Below, piece by piece: positions 24,061 to 37,270 of a stretch of DNA of 64,000 bases. Source of the DNA: Harriotta raleighana (Eukaryota); NCBI GenBank assembly GCA_050575255.1, contig JBNZDD010013700.1:6127396-6191395 (forward strand), written 5' to 3'. Each line of letters starts with the position of its first letter. The stretch's first letter is position 1. The notes under the pieces were generated by a model, which worked only from the letters and a program-made list of their open reading frames with translations, searched no databases and was not told the DNA's origin. Both the position numbers and the translations under genes were made by a program.

Positions 24061-25453
24061 TTGGCTGAAACTACTGAACATGTATTACAGATTAAAAAAA
24101 CGACACTGCATGCAAATGTGTTTGTTCATACTTATTCAAGGAGTAAATCATAGGTATGATGAAAAGCAGATAAATGGGACTGAAGGAATTTCTCTTTAAA
24201 AGATCAACACAAATACAATGGGCCAAATGGCCTTGTCTGTACTGTAAATTGATAAAGTTCTATTGTTCTAACTAATTCATTGTCACACTATAATTGGATG
24301 ATTCACCTAGATTAATTTTATAAATGAAAAAAGTTGTTGTCAAACAATCAAAAAAAGTGTTCAGTATAACAAACAAAATGCTTAAAGTAAAAGATTCACA
24401 AACCTCTTCAGAGTATCTAACTTTAATGACGTTATATACTGATTCTAAATTGCAGATATTATTTAACACAATTAATTTATATCCTACAATTCCAGATTTT
24501 CAAGCAAAACAATATTTTAAACCTTCTCATATTTTCCACATAAACTTTTTTTGCATCATACAATGGCAGCTTAAGCTATTTTCTGAGCTCCTTTCACTGG
24601 CATTCACAGTGACAGCCCTTTTCAGAAATGGAGTTTGTGCATCAGAAAGGTGGCTGTTCTAGACAGATATTGTGTTTACGAGTTGTTCTTGAAAGTGAGC
24701 GATGTCTTGCCGCAGAAGAGAACAGTATTTACTTTGTATCCTCTGACAGGTCTCAGCAGCACTGTCATGTAAACTAGTTACAGATCACATACAGATCTCT
24801 TTACACAACCCTCTTGTATATTGTATGGTCATGATGAAATGTTACATTTATCATATGCATTTTAATATTTCTAATTCAATACACTGATAGTAGTGGAACA
24901 ATAATTATAGATGTAGATCTAAGAACACAGAAAGGTCTTAGACCTAGTTAATGGAAAATTGAAGTAATAACTCGGACAGCCCATCAGTCCTTTCCATACT
25001 CATCAATCACCCACGTAATATACAACAAACATGTCTCTTACCTGTATTCCTCAAGTGAAAGATTGGATAGTACATCAATGTGTATTTAATAGAATACAGC
25101 AAATGGTTAATGGTGACATTTTAATAAGCGTCTCTTGAATGCCCAATATATTCAAATCATTATCAATTTTGTTTACTTGGAACAATAATTTGGGCAATTT
25201 AATTTTTACCAAGGCAATCCAATTAGCAGATTTGAAATGGAACTCTCCTACCTGAATCTGGAATATAATATCCTGAAATGCAGTTGTGTGTGATGAAATC
25301 TAACAGTTTTTGACTCTGCCACTCAGTTAGTCATATCCTTTGGAAGACTTACCTCAGGGAAGAAATGTCTTTCTCTCTCATTTCATGGTGATGGTGTGTC
25401 TCCTGTCAGCTGAACATAGAATGGCATAAAATAGGTAAAGATGCATCTGCCTC

Positions 25454-25740
25454 ATAATAATAATAATCCTTGCATTTGATTTTGTGCTTTTCACGTTTTC
25501 TAGATGTCTCAAAGCGCTTCAGAGAATATACTGGAAAGTGAATTGCGGCAGCCAATTGCACACAGCAGTGTCCAACAAACAGTCGTGGATGAGTGACCAA
25601 ATTATTTTTCATTTTCTTTTAGGGTATATTATCAGGCTTGTGGAGTAAGGAAACTTGCCCAAGGTCTCGCTCTACCGGGAATCAAAACCAGCTCTCTCGC
25701 TTGTTAGGCGAGTGCTCTGACCACTGAGCTACAGGACTCC
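25454..25740 (-). mobile_element. Full-length tRNA-SINE
   Basis: Head GGAGTCCTGTAGCTCAGTGGTCAGAGCACTCGCC; (TAA)n tail. Confidence 0.9.
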
Positions 25741-26194
25741 ACATCCTTCAAGCTGAAGGAGGATTTGAGATAGCAAAATTATGGATCTGATGGAAACAAA
25801 TTAGGAGGAGGATTCTAATCTTAAACTACTTTGCAGCTCCCATTATAATGCAATTGGCTAAATATGAACTCCCATGTACTGTAATATTCTATGGGGCAGA
25901 ATGGCTCTTATACTGCTGGGTCAGAGGAGAGTTTTGTATGTGGCAGGACAGGATGAAATATCTGTATTGGAAATATCTATTTGCAGTGATCAAAGAGCAT
26001 GTTTTTGTGGAGAACTTTCTTTCAGGAGATTATAAACAGATTCAATAAAAAAATGATATTTTGCATTTGATATGAAAACTAATCATGCCATCAAAATGTC
26101 TCAAAAAATTTCACAGAATTTATTGTAAAGTGTAGTGACTGTGTATAAATAGGCAAGTAGTAGAGTCTATAATAATGAATAGAATTTTGTTGAA

Positions 26195-26393
26195 TGGTTG
26201 TTCATTTTGGAGCTTCTTGTCTCCATACCTCTGTCTTGTTTCCTCTTTGCTGGTCTTCAGATCACGCCTGAAAGACCTTTCTCTTTCATTGTACCTCCTG
26301 TCACTTCCTCCCTTTCCCATTAAGTTCCACCACTGTTAAGTGCTTTGAGATGCTACCCCACATAAAGTACTCTATATAAATTCAACTTGTTGT
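26195..26393 (+). mobile_element. Degenerate L2 3' end
   Basis: TCTTCAGATCACGCCTGAAAGACCTTTCTCTTT (FKSxLKTxLF-like) and tail CTATATAAATTCAACTTGTTGTT. Confidence 0.6.
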
Positions 26394-26584
26394 TCAATAT
26401 TGCAAAGGATGGGCTGAATTGTTTCCCAGATAAGTAAAAAATGGAAGCATGGCCTAATAATAATAATCCTCGTATTTGATATAACGCTTTTCAAGTCTTC
26501 GCTCTTTAGCCCACAGAGAAGTGAGTTATTGTTCGTGTGTGTTAATATATTGTTAATATGTTGCTATAAACACAGTAGTGTACA

Positions 26585-26812
26585 TAGACTAAATCATAGG
26601 ATGTTACTGCACAGAAACAAGCCATTTGGTCTATGAAGCCTGAACTGATGTTTTTCTCCAACTGAATCAACTTAATCCCACTCTCATGCCCATTATAGTC
26701 ATTAATAACATTCATCTTAACAAGTTATCTAATTCTTTTAAAAAATAATTTAGAGACTCTCCTTCAAGTACGTTTTGTGACAGGGAATTCTCCATTGCTC
26801 TTACACTCTGGG
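26585..26812 (-). mobile_element. Degenerate CR1 3' end
   Basis: ATCATAGGATGTTACTGCACAGAAACAAGCCATTTGGTC is the reverse complement of a CR1 tail. Confidence 0.6.
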
Positions 26813-27129
26813 TGATTGCAGCATTGATTCCAAATTAATACTTCATTCAATTAATATATATTTTTTAATTTTGTTCATAAAAAGTTTAAATAAGTTTATT
26901 TTTGCATCCAATCATTTCCAATATAGAAAATTAGCAAGGTGTAAAATTCCCCAAACAAAATAATGTGCATTAATTAGTTCCCCTTTTCTGCTTCCTCCCC
27001 TTTTCCCAACCAAGTCAAGGCATACACACAAGTCCTTAAATGAGAGAAGTAGAACTTGATGCTGTATAGTGCTTGTCCTTAAAAAGTACTGTGTTTGGAA
27101 CATGCTACAGTATATAATACCAGTGCCAG

Positions 27130-27537
27130 TCCAGCTCAGTTGTTTGTACTGTGGTGCTCTTGCCTCTGAGACGGAAAGTATGTGTTCAAGCCCCATATTA
27201 CTACAGTATTTTGAACTCAACTCATCTCAGCTGATATTACAATACCACTGGAAGAATGCTGCTTTTGAAGTGAGATGTTAATCTGAGTCACTGAATGCTT
27301 GTTCAGGTGGACATTAAAGCACTATTCCAAAATAGAAGTCAATTTCTCCTGGTGTGCTGGCCAATAATCCTCCACATAAAATTGGTCTGTTTCTGGGACA
27401 TTGTTGTGTGCAAATTGACTGTTGCATTTTGCTTCCAAACTCACAGTCACTATACTTTCAGTAAATCCTGTGAACAACTTGAGGTATCCTCCCAGCATGG
27501 AAGATACTATATCAAATGTAAGGATCATTATTATTAT
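27130..27537 (+). mobile_element. Deu-domain SINE
   Basis: TCTTGCCTCTGAG..GTTCAAGCCC head, TTGTTCAGGTGGACATTAAAG core, (TTA)n tail. Confidence 0.75.
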
Positions 27538-28779
27538 ACTGTGTAAACAGTCAATCCACTAAAAATGACCAATTTTGTTTCTAAATTCAAGGATCCTGGT
27601 CACCCATGATTGTGTGGCAATAGAAACCTGGATAGCTCCTGGATGAGAATGGGATTCAAGTCGGACACGTCAGAAAGGGACAAAGATATGACTTGTGGAT
27701 TTGATTGACAAGCAGTCTGGGACTCATGCTCATTTGATTGCAAAGGTTCCACTCATACTGGGCTATCAAATCACTGGCTGCTGCTATTAAATGTGAAGGA
27801 GCTAAGCTTCTAAATATCATTGTGCCTCATGTTTAGTCAACAGACCCTTTGCTTGCGGTCTCTCAATATTTCACTCTCTTCCTCTGCAATTCACTCTCTC
27901 CAGGGATACAGGATTTAGTGCTTTTCCCTCTCTCCTTGCAGATTCATGATTGACATACCGTAGGGAACGGAACTACACTGTTTAGCCTAAAACCAACATG
28001 CTTCCTGCATTCACTGTAGTGTGTTCAGTTGCAAATCACCCCCTCCCCCAATCCTTACTTGTAAATCCACCTGGACTATCTGCATTATGGAGAAAATCTT
28101 GGAATATAATTGAATGCATTATTAAGCAAAAAGGGCAAGACACCTCTGCTGGCATTTAAGCACAGAAAAGTAGATCACAACCTGGTTTCTCCTACCATGA
28201 TGAAACACCTCATTCCTGATGGATTTTTGTGAGAATTTTTGTATGCCCTCAATCTATTTCCAGTGCTCTTTGACAGTCAGCTGAGAAGTCTAGAAATATA
28301 TTGTTTAGGGACCGGAAAATACAGTAGACTTCACTTAAGGTTATATACAAGGAATATCTAACTTTATAGGCCAGATAACATTTTAAAAGCCAAACAATTT
28401 CCAATTTCTCATTCACTGTCTTCAACTTTGGTTCACTTAAACCAATATCTTAAACCTGGGAGTTCACCCACAAATAAATAGTCACTTTAAATCCCGTGAA
28501 ACTGTTTGGAATATCCTCCCAACATGAAAGACTCTGTACCAAATGCAAGAATTATTGGTTATTATTTATTATACCTTCAATATAGCCCAACCCATCTAAA
28601 TTAGGTTGCAACAATTTTCACCCAAACACATATTAAAATTGCATTTGTCCACTTGATCTGCTCCACAGACTTCTTATCTTGTGTCAGGTAGATTTGAAGG
28701 TTTTCGTGCTCACTGTTAATCCCTTCACACCCCAACACCTCCATAACAATTCTTCTGGTAATTTATTTATTATTGATAA

Positions 28780-29363
28780 TAATATAATCCTTGTATTTGA
28801 TATACAGGTAGCACTTTTTTATATTATCTATATTATCAATCGCTTCACAGTATATATTGTAAAATGAATTGACTATATTTTTGTGGGCAAAACGCGACAG
28901 CCAATTGCACACAGCAGTGTAACATGAACAGTCGTGGATTGAAATGACCAATTTTTTTGAGAGATTATTAGCAGGTGTGTGGAGTAAGGAAACTTGCCCG
29001 TGGCTGTTTGTGAGGCATTGTTCTGTACAAATTGGCTGTCACAAATTGCAGCAAAAAAAATTGTCACTATAATTGCAATAATAATAATAATACTTGCATT
29101 TGATATAGAACCTTATCACATTTTCTAGATGTCTCAAAGCACTTCACATAATATTAGGCAAAGTGAATTGACTTTATATTTTGTGGGCGATACCGGTAAC
29201 CAATTGGGCACAGGAATGTCGGATAAACAGTCATGGACTTAGTGACCAAATATAGGTATAGGTGGAGTGAGGAAACTTGCCTAAGATTTCTCCCTGCCCA
29301 AAACACAACCCGGGTCCTCTCACTTGTGAGGTGAGGGCTTTAATCAATACGTTACAGGACTCC
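28780..29363 (-). mobile_element. Two adjacent tRNA-SINE copies (28780-28998 truncated; 29078-29363 full length)
   Basis: Both carry GGAGT(A/G)AGGAAACTTGCC and (TAA)n tails; the second ends ACAGGACTCC. Confidence 0.85.
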
Positions 29364-30319
29364 ACAAGAATAAAAAAATAAATCCCAAGAAGAGCTTTGA
29401 GCTATATCGATGAAGTCATAAAATCAAGTGCAAGTCTTATTATTGTTAATCCACAAAAATATAACCAAGGTTTGGATGATTGAGGAGTCCTTATACTGTA
29501 GTTTGTTGCTATCTATCTAAAATGTTCCCAATCAAATTCTCAACCATTAAGAGATTTTGATATTTTAATGAAATTATTTATTTGAAGAAATCAGTATGTG
29601 TCTTACATACTGCAAGATAAAATAATTCTAAATGTTTTATGGAAAAGTATTGTGGAAAATAGTGGGGATCTCCCTTCAAAAAAATGGGCTGTATCAGTGG
29701 ATTCAGGTGCAATGAAGTTCATTTAAAAATTAAAAAAACGTTATTAACTTAATTGCTTTTGGCTTTCAATCAAAGGTTGTGTTTCACTTAAACATTTATT
29801 GTGCTCTCTAGCCATTCACAGCCAACACTCAGTGCTATTGGGTGGGTTCAATATATCTATGGTTTATAATGCAGGTACCCATATACACTTAAAAATTCTT
29901 ACCTAGGAATAGAAAATAATAATTAACTTTGCATTTGATATAAAGTGTTTCACATTGTGGTTTGTCTCAAAGTGCATCATAGGTCTTATTGTAAGGTGTA
30001 GTAGCTGTATTTTAGTAGATGAATGCAGCAGCCAACGTGTGCACAGCAATGCCCACAAAGATCCATGAAGTATTTATGTTGGATTATGATGGATTATTTA
30101 TGATGTGGAGGAAACTGTATTTGAAAAAGTAACAGTGCTTTGTGTAGAAGGGGCTGCTGTTTTGAGTCCGTGGTTGAGGAGACAGTGGGAATATATGTAA
30201 TATATTTTTGTATCGTTGCTCATAAAGCTACATAATACCTAATGTGGCAATTAAACATTTACTGTGGGGTCCGTACATTGTCCACAACATGCATTGCAAT
30301 TCTTGCAAATCAAAGTCCT

Positions 30320-30650
30320 AATGGATAAGTTGGTCCTACCTAGACATATATCAGGAATGCCAGACCACAAAATGAATGGCAGGATATGTGGTTTTAGCTG
30401 GTTTTAGACTTAGGCAATATCCCAACACACACTCTTGGGTTTCAAGCCTTGACTCTTGCCAACCTGTGCCTAATACTTTCCAAAAATAGGTAAATGGGAC
30501 GCATCTCTAGGGAGAGACTGTGCGCTCCATTCCAACAATCTATCTCTGGGATTTTTATGTGTCGGTGGGATACAAGGAAATCCCATCTTGGTTTGGATAC
30601 TCTTAAGCTTGGTGATGGGTTTCTGCATTTGACAGATACCCGACTGAACT
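30320..30650 (-). repeat. Unclassified interspersed repeat (second copy at about 52000-52340, opposite strand)
   Basis: Shared strings ATGCAGAAACCCATCACC and TATTAGGCACAGGTTGGCAAGAG. Confidence 0.75.
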
Positions 30651-30982
30651 GTCCAAAAAACTTAGATTTCAAGCTTTAGCCTGTTTACAGTCCAATACTC
30701 GGGTTGTCCAGAAATAGAAGTCTGATATGATTTTCTTCATAGATGTTCATTTTCTGCAATAGATTAAAAATGCAGCATTTCAAACTTAGGACATTATCAG
30801 AATATTAAATGATATCTTGAATCTACAGGATCACGTTTTCCACATGTTAAAACAAAAATTTCAATTTACACAGTGCACTTCACTTAGGGATAACATGTTA
30901 GTGCACTTAACAGGGATAATGTCAGACCAGGAAATGGGAACAAAAGAAGGCAAGTAATATTCTTAAATCTAACCTTGGTTGA

Positions 30983-31040
30983 TTTTAAATTAAAATTAAA
31001 ATTAAATTAAATTAAATTAAAATTAAATTAAAATTAAATT
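30983..31040. repeat. (TAAAT/TAAAAT)n microsatellite
   Basis: Read directly. Confidence 0.95.
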
Positions 31041-31466
31041 ACTAAACTATTAGTGTAAAACGGCATTGGGTTTAAAGCACTTTAAAAAAAATCACAAATA
31101 AGAAGACAATGCTCAGGACAACAATGTTTTGATTATTTGACCTTGGTTGTACCATCTTAAAGTAAACTCTTGTCTTTTCTACCATTTTTATTCCATTCAA
31201 GTATTTTTCCACAAGGCCAATGCATTGGAATTCAATTAAATACATATTTGTAATTTTTTTTCCTGCAGTCTTCACAGCATTGTGTAACCGCATGTTTTGA
31301 AGTATTCTGTCACACCACATTCTACTCTTCCATATAAATGAAATTCTAGTTTTGCATTAATTTAAATACAAATATATTATGAGGTTCTTACTATATCCTA
31401 GCATTGCATAATAATAATAATCCTTGCATTTGATATATCGTTTTTTATGTCTTCTAGACGTTTTCC

Positions 31467-32637
31467 AGCAACACCAGGAGAAACACTTTCTCTTTTTGAA
31501 AAGGCAAGGGATCTTAAATATCCAGAACAAGTAGGCTGGTTTTTGGTTTAATATCTAATCTGACAGACAGCATTTCCAACAATGTAATGCAGGACTGCCC
31601 TAGTGTACTGTTTTTTTTATCCACAAAACACAATGTTGATTCAATCCAATCTTTAATGCAACTTTACAACCCCTCTTTCTCTCTCTCAAGTTATTCTTCC
31701 CAGAATCCTTATGTACTTGTCCCATATTAATTGCCACTTGTGTTGTTAAAGTTAATATACAACTCCTGGCATAGCCTAGACCAGCAGTTCTCAACCAGGG
31801 GTACATGTACCCCAGGGGTACAAAATTACTTCTGAGGGGTGCATATGGCGGTACATTGATTTATTTAGCTCTCTTATTTAGCATTTTATAGCTTTCCAAA
31901 TTGTATATTTAAATGTTATTCTCCTCGTTTTGAATGTGCTTGGTTATTTTGTTACACAAGAAAAGCTTGGTCATAAAATGCAAGGGAGGGTGATGTGTGT
32001 GTATGTGGTTAGATGGGGATGCACGATAATGTTGAAAATTAACAAGGGGTACATCATTGAAAAAGTTTGAAAACCACTGGCCTAGATTATGAGATCCAAG
32101 GCCTGACGTGAAACATGAAACCTTCCAGTAAGGCTTTTGTTGTACCTAAATTATAAAAGATATTGTACTAAGACACAACTCTAAGGGCAATAATTCATAA
32201 CAACATTTAAGTCAAAACAAACTAGGTTACATTTTAGGGAGTTTGTACATGATCTATGTCCTATTAATGCACAAGTTTTCTGAGGAAATCTAAGGTTCAA
32301 TGTTGACAGAACAATTCTGCTGATGGACATTTTAAGCAGTTTTGTGACTAGTTTTAAGGAAAAGATGCCCAGTGTTCAGTATCAAAAGAAAATGTAGAAA
32401 CACACATAGCTTGATGCAGGAGGGTTTATTACCACATACATTTGGAATTAGTGAAAACTATAATTGAAAATGTTGCAAGTAAATTACATAACTAATCCAT
32501 ATTAATCCACTCAAACTCTATGGACACAAACACTGTAATAAGAAGAGAATATAGCACTTATTAAATATTCTAAGAAAAACAGGTGCAATCTCTATGATAA
32601 TAATCCTTGCATTTGATATAGTGCTTTTCACGTCTTC
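31467..32637 (+). repeat. Local duplication, copy 2
   Basis: Colinear with 21311-21998, plus two extra segments (about 31594-31768 and the hAT MITE). Confidence 0.9.
31782..32079. mobile_element. hAT-Charlie-type MITE (298 bp)
   Basis: TIRs CAGCAGTTCTCAACC / GTTTGAAAACCACTG; 8-bp TSD GCCTAGAC / GCCTAGAT resembling the Charlie NTCTAGAN target; subterminal GGGGTAC repeats; empty site at 21447-21454. Confidence 0.92.
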
Positions 32638-32743
32638 AAGTTGTGCAGACAGAACACTGGGTGTTTGTTTTTCTCCCCTTTGGATCAATTTCTCAATATA
32701 ATAACAAATGGTGAGGAGCTATTTATTTATACTCTCCTTCAGC

Positions 32744-34290
32744 CAGATGCATCCTAGGTTACGAAGGGAAGTACGGGAGCAAATAGCAGAGGTTCTAGCC
32801 ACAATCTTTCAATCTTCCTTGGACATAGGGGTGGTGCCAGAGGACTGGAAGGTTGCTAATGTTACTCCCCTGTATAAAAAGGGGCAGAAGTACAAACCTG
32901 GGAACTACAGGCCAGTCAGTCTAACGTCGGTAGTGGGCAAACTTCTAGAGTCTATAATTAGGAACAAAATAGATCTTCACTTAGAAAGATATTGGCTAAT
33001 AAAGGACAGCCATCATGGATTTGTTAAAGCAAATCTTGCCTTACAAATCTGATAGAATTTTTTGACGAAGTAACGGAATGGTTGGACGAGAGTAGTACAG
33101 TTGATGTAGTTTGCATGGACTTTCAAAATGCATTTGACAAAGTGCCGTATGAGAGGCTTATTAGGAAAGTAGAGGAGTTAAAGGAGCAGTGGCAGCATAG
33201 ATCCACAACCGGCTGCGAGACAGAAAGCAAAGAGTTGTGGTGAGTGGCTGTTTTTCAGACTGGAGGGAAGTGTGCAATGGCATCCTCCAGGGATCGGTTT
33301 TGGGACCACTGCTCTTTTCAGTACATATTAATGATCTGGACTTGGAGGTAGGGAGCACAGTTTCCAAGTTTGCAAATGATACTAAGTTAGGGAGAATAGT
33401 CAATAGTGAAGAGGATAGTAACAATCTGCAAGAAGATATAGATAAAATGGAAAAGTGGGCAGACACATGGCAGATGAAGTTTAATCCATGAGGTATGAGG
33501 TGACACATTTTGGGAGAAGAAATTAAGGGAGGCAATATAGGCTAGATAGTACAATTTTAAGGGGTGTGAGGGAACAGAGAGACCTGGGGAATTGTGTTAG
33601 TGACTCTTTGAAGGTGCCAGGACAGGTAGACAAAGCCGTTAAGAAGGCATATGTGATACAAGGCTTTATAAATAGGGGTATAGAGTACAAAAACCAGGAA
33701 GTGCTGACTAACCTCTATAAAACTTTGGTTAGGCCTCAGCTGGAATACTATGTCCAATTCTGGTCACCACACTATAGAAAGGATGTTAAGGTATTGGAAA
33801 GGATGCAAATAAGGTTTACTAGAATGGCACCAAGATTGAGGGACTTCAGTTATGGGGAAAGGCTAGATAGGCTAGGTTTATTCTCTTTGGAACAGAGAAG
33901 TTTGAGAGGAAATCTAATGGAGGTTTATAAAATCATGAGGGGATTCGACAGGATGAATAAGGAAAAACTGTTTGCACTGGTGGGCGAATCTGTGACTTGT
34001 GATCACAGTTTTAAAATAGTTTCAAAACGAGGCAGATGGGAGCTGAGGAGAATTTTTTTCACTCAGCGGGTTATTCGAATCTGGAATGCATTGCCTGAAA
34101 AGGTGGTGGAGGCCGATTCAATAATAGCTTTTAAAAGAGAATTAGATCTTTATTTAGGGAGAATGAGTCTGTTAGGTTATGGGGAGAAAGCTGGGCAGTG
34201 GGATTGAGTTGCTCTTTTCAAAGAGCCGGCACAGACTAGATGGGCTGAATGGCCTCCTTTTGTGCTGTAAAATTCTATGATTCTATGATT
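32744..34290 (+). mobile_element. CR1 LINE, 5'-truncated, with disrupted ORF2 reverse transcriptase
   Basis: PEDWKVANVTPLYKKG, NYRPVSLTSVVGKLLE, QGSVLGPLLF, KFANDTKL (FADD mutated), RPQLEY.VQFWSP; stops and frameshifts; (ATTCTATG)2 tail. Confidence 0.97.
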
Positions 34291-34419
34291 GTTTTTACCA
34301 GAATCCATTAGCTCCTTATACTGAAGTACCAGTACAATTTAACTTAGGGTGCAGCAGCGTGCTTTAAACAGCTTGAAGCATTATATTCAAGCAAAGAACC
34401 TGTGTGTTTTCACAATATC

Positions 34420-35190
34420 ACAAGTGAGAAATCCGGGTTCAGTTCCCAGCAGGGCCAAATCCTGGGAAAGTTTCCTTACTCCACATGTCTAATAATAATC
34501 AATCAATCAATCATTACATTTATATCGCGCTTTTCACGTCGGAAAGACGTCCCAAGGCGCTGAACAGTTAAGTAGAAATCAGAGCAGAGTGGGAGAATTC
34601 GAAGGAAGGAAAGTAGGAAAATTGACTGTGGGCGAAACATGGCAGCCAAATAGTGCATAGCAGTGTCCCACAAACAGTCATGGAAGTGGGGTCAGGGGAG
34701 AATGGGAGGAAAGAGGGTAAGGGGGGAGAGGGAGGGAAAGGTGGGTGGGGTAAAGTCAGGGAGGAAAAAGGGGGGAGAAGGAGGGAAAGAAGTAAAGAGG
34801 GAGGGAAGGAAGTAAAGAAGTATACGCAAACAGACACAGAGTCAGAGAGAGATACACACTGGCAGACAGATGGAGAGATATACACACACACACACACACA
34901 CAGATCCTCTGGCTGGCAAGGTGAGGGCTCTATACACTGAGTTGATGCTGAGGTTAAACATTAATGTAAATGACAACATTGAGCCTTACCCCTCAAGATA
35001 AAAGTAATAAGAAATTGATCATGTCAATCCATGTCTATTTGTGGCACACTGCTGTGCGCAAATTGGCTGCCCTGTTTTGCCCATAAATATACAGTCAATT
35101 CATTTTACAGTATATTCTGTGAAGCTCTTTGAGACGTCCAGAAGATGTGAAAAGTGCTATGTCAATTGAAAGTATTATTAAATTATTATG
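34420..35190 (+). mobile_element. tRNA-SINE split by an insertion at 34497-34990
   Basis: Body ends CCACATGTCTAATAATAATC at 34500 and resumes CCCTCAAG at about 34990. Confidence 0.8.
34497..34945 (-). mobile_element. SINE variant with tRNA-like head, (TG)n/pyrimidine-rich body, shared core block and (TTGA)n tail
   Basis: Minus head CTCAGTGTATAGAGCCCTCACCTTGCCAGCCAGAGGATCTG(TG)n; core ATGACTGTTTGTGGGACACTG; tail (AATC)n on +; same layout at 53050-53342. Confidence 0.7.
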
Positions 35191-35844
35191 ATAATATAAT
35201 CATTAGTATTTAGCGCAAACACCCATAGCATCAATGTGGTGCTTTGATATTTAAATTATGTTGTTCAAATCTTGGATCCTACTAACAATTAGTTCTTACT
35301 GGCCATTGAATCAGAACCCTGCATATTCTGCAATGAACTAAATCTTTATGATATGTAATATTGCCAGAACCCAAGTTAAAAAGACCTTTTTCAAATGTAA
35401 CGCTGCTTTTGTCTAAATAATTAAAAGTGCTCTAATCAAGTTTGTCTTGGCAACGATGACAGAGAAGTTGGGTTTCAGTATTTTTTTAAAACTTGTAAAG
35501 ATCTAACCAGATCATGGGAATAAATTTGCAATATTTAAACTAATAATTATCACTGGTGATAATTAGCACATCACAATTTGGAAAAGAACCCCAGGTTGGG
35601 CTAGAGTGAGCACTACTAATGTAATTTAACCTTGGTAGTTCTTTCAAAATCTTATAAACAATGAGAGCAAACATTGAATAGTTTATGGTTATCTCACATC
35701 CCGTCAATTAAGTCCGAGATTCATACTCACCCATAACTTTGTTAGTGGTGGACAGCATGGCTCAGGTGGTAGCACTCTCACCTCTGAGTCAGAAGGATGT
35801 GAGTTTGAGCCTGATTTGGGGCCCCTTCTGTTCAGCCCGCCCCC

Positions 35845-36168
35845 TCCATTCAACAGGCTCTGGTCTGCTCCATGTCTCCTTCCCAACTCCCCTACGCTCG
35901 GTGGACAGGCTTTCAGCCGCTCTGCTCCCATACTCTGGAACTCCATTCCACAATCCCTTTACCTCATTTCACCCCTTGTCTCCTTCAAGGCCAGTCTCAA
36001 GACCCTCCTGTTTGATCATGCCTTACTGTCGCCCTCCCACCTCTCTCCCTTTCCACTACCCTGCCCCTCCCCCGTGCTCAGTTCCCGACCCCGGGATTGT
36101 TCAGCACCTTGGGACATCCTCCCGATGTGAAAGGCACTCTATAAATGTAATGCAATGTTATGTTGTTG
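35845..36168 (+). mobile_element. L2 3' fragment
   Basis: TLGGQAFSRSAPILWNSIP...FKASLKTLLF; tail GGGACATCCTCCCGATGTGAAAGGCACTCTATAAATG. Confidence 0.9.
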
Positions 36169-36884
36169 CATTTACCTACAAATACACAACCATTGAATTT
36201 TATTGGGAAATTTAATGAAGTCCTTTGAGATATTTTAGTGTGACAAATGGATGGATTATTGTAAAACAATGTCGTCATTAAAATCATCTTAATAACAACA
36301 GTGTTAAGGATATTTGCTAAGATGTAAATTGCTACAAGTATGTCAACCTTTAATGGATCATAAAAGCACAATCACATCACAAGAACAATCTACAGCTAGT
36401 GATTTATCATCCAATGTCTCTGCTACATATTCCTTAAATACCATACAAAATAAGATTTTTTTCTACACAACATTTATACTCTCTGGTATGAATTCTGCCT
36501 GCCTTCACACAATCTAACTTTCTAGTAAGTTTTCCAATTATTTTTTCTAACCAGGCCATCGGTGTGGGAGTGCTCAACAAGGAGCAGTGCTTGGGAGCAG
36601 TGCGTTCATTAATCAGGTAGGTAAATAGATCAAACACCAAATTGAATTATAATGGGCAAATTTGCATTATTTCTTAAGGCATTTGTTGTCTTAATTAAGC
36701 ACACTTTGAGGAATCTTGCAAGTTTGCCTTATACTGTACTATTGTACTTAGAAATTAGAAATATAGAAATTGAGTAAAAAGGAATTTAAATAAATAATTT
36801 TCAATGCTTATTAAATTAATCCTTACATACTTATCATGTTGAAAATAATAATCATATTAACAATAATAATCCTTATATTTAGTT

Positions 36885-37270
36885 CAAGACCTAAATCAGG
36901 ATCATAATCTCATATAATCTAGGATGGCACTTCAATGCAGTGCTGCAGGTGATGCTGCATTGGTTGGAGGTGCTGTCCTTCAGATTAGATAAATACATAT
37001 TACAATACAATACAAATTTATATTTATAGAACACCTTTGAAATCAGGAATGCACCCTAACTATTTAAATTGAAGACCTGTCTGCTTGTTCAGGTGAAAGT
37101 TAAAGATCCCATGAAACTATTTGTAAGGTGAAGAGAATTCCTCTTGGTGGACTGGACAAAAATCATTTTTCGTTCACTTCATAACTATTTATGGGACATT
37201 GGTGTGTTCACTTTACATCCCTTGAATCACTTTCAGAAATTCTTCGGGTATGAAGGTATTGTATCGAAAA
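36885..37270 (+). mobile_element. Deu-domain SINE fragment with nested L2 tail
   Basis: GCTGCATTGGTTGGAGGTGCTGTCCTTCAGAT...GTTCAGGTGAAAGTTAAAGATCCCATG. Confidence 0.7.

Noticed and set aside
23041-28727. 17/18-bp inverted match TGAAGGGRTTAACAGTGA 5.7 kb apart as transposon TIRs
   Set aside because: No TSD, wrong orientation for piggyBac TTAA ends, and no transposase between them.
32708-34207. RT-like ORFs as a functional gene or novel RT system
   Set aside because: Ordinary 5'-truncated CR1 with stops, frameshifts and FADD mutated to FAND; 56362-57340 is likewise truncated and interrupted by stops.
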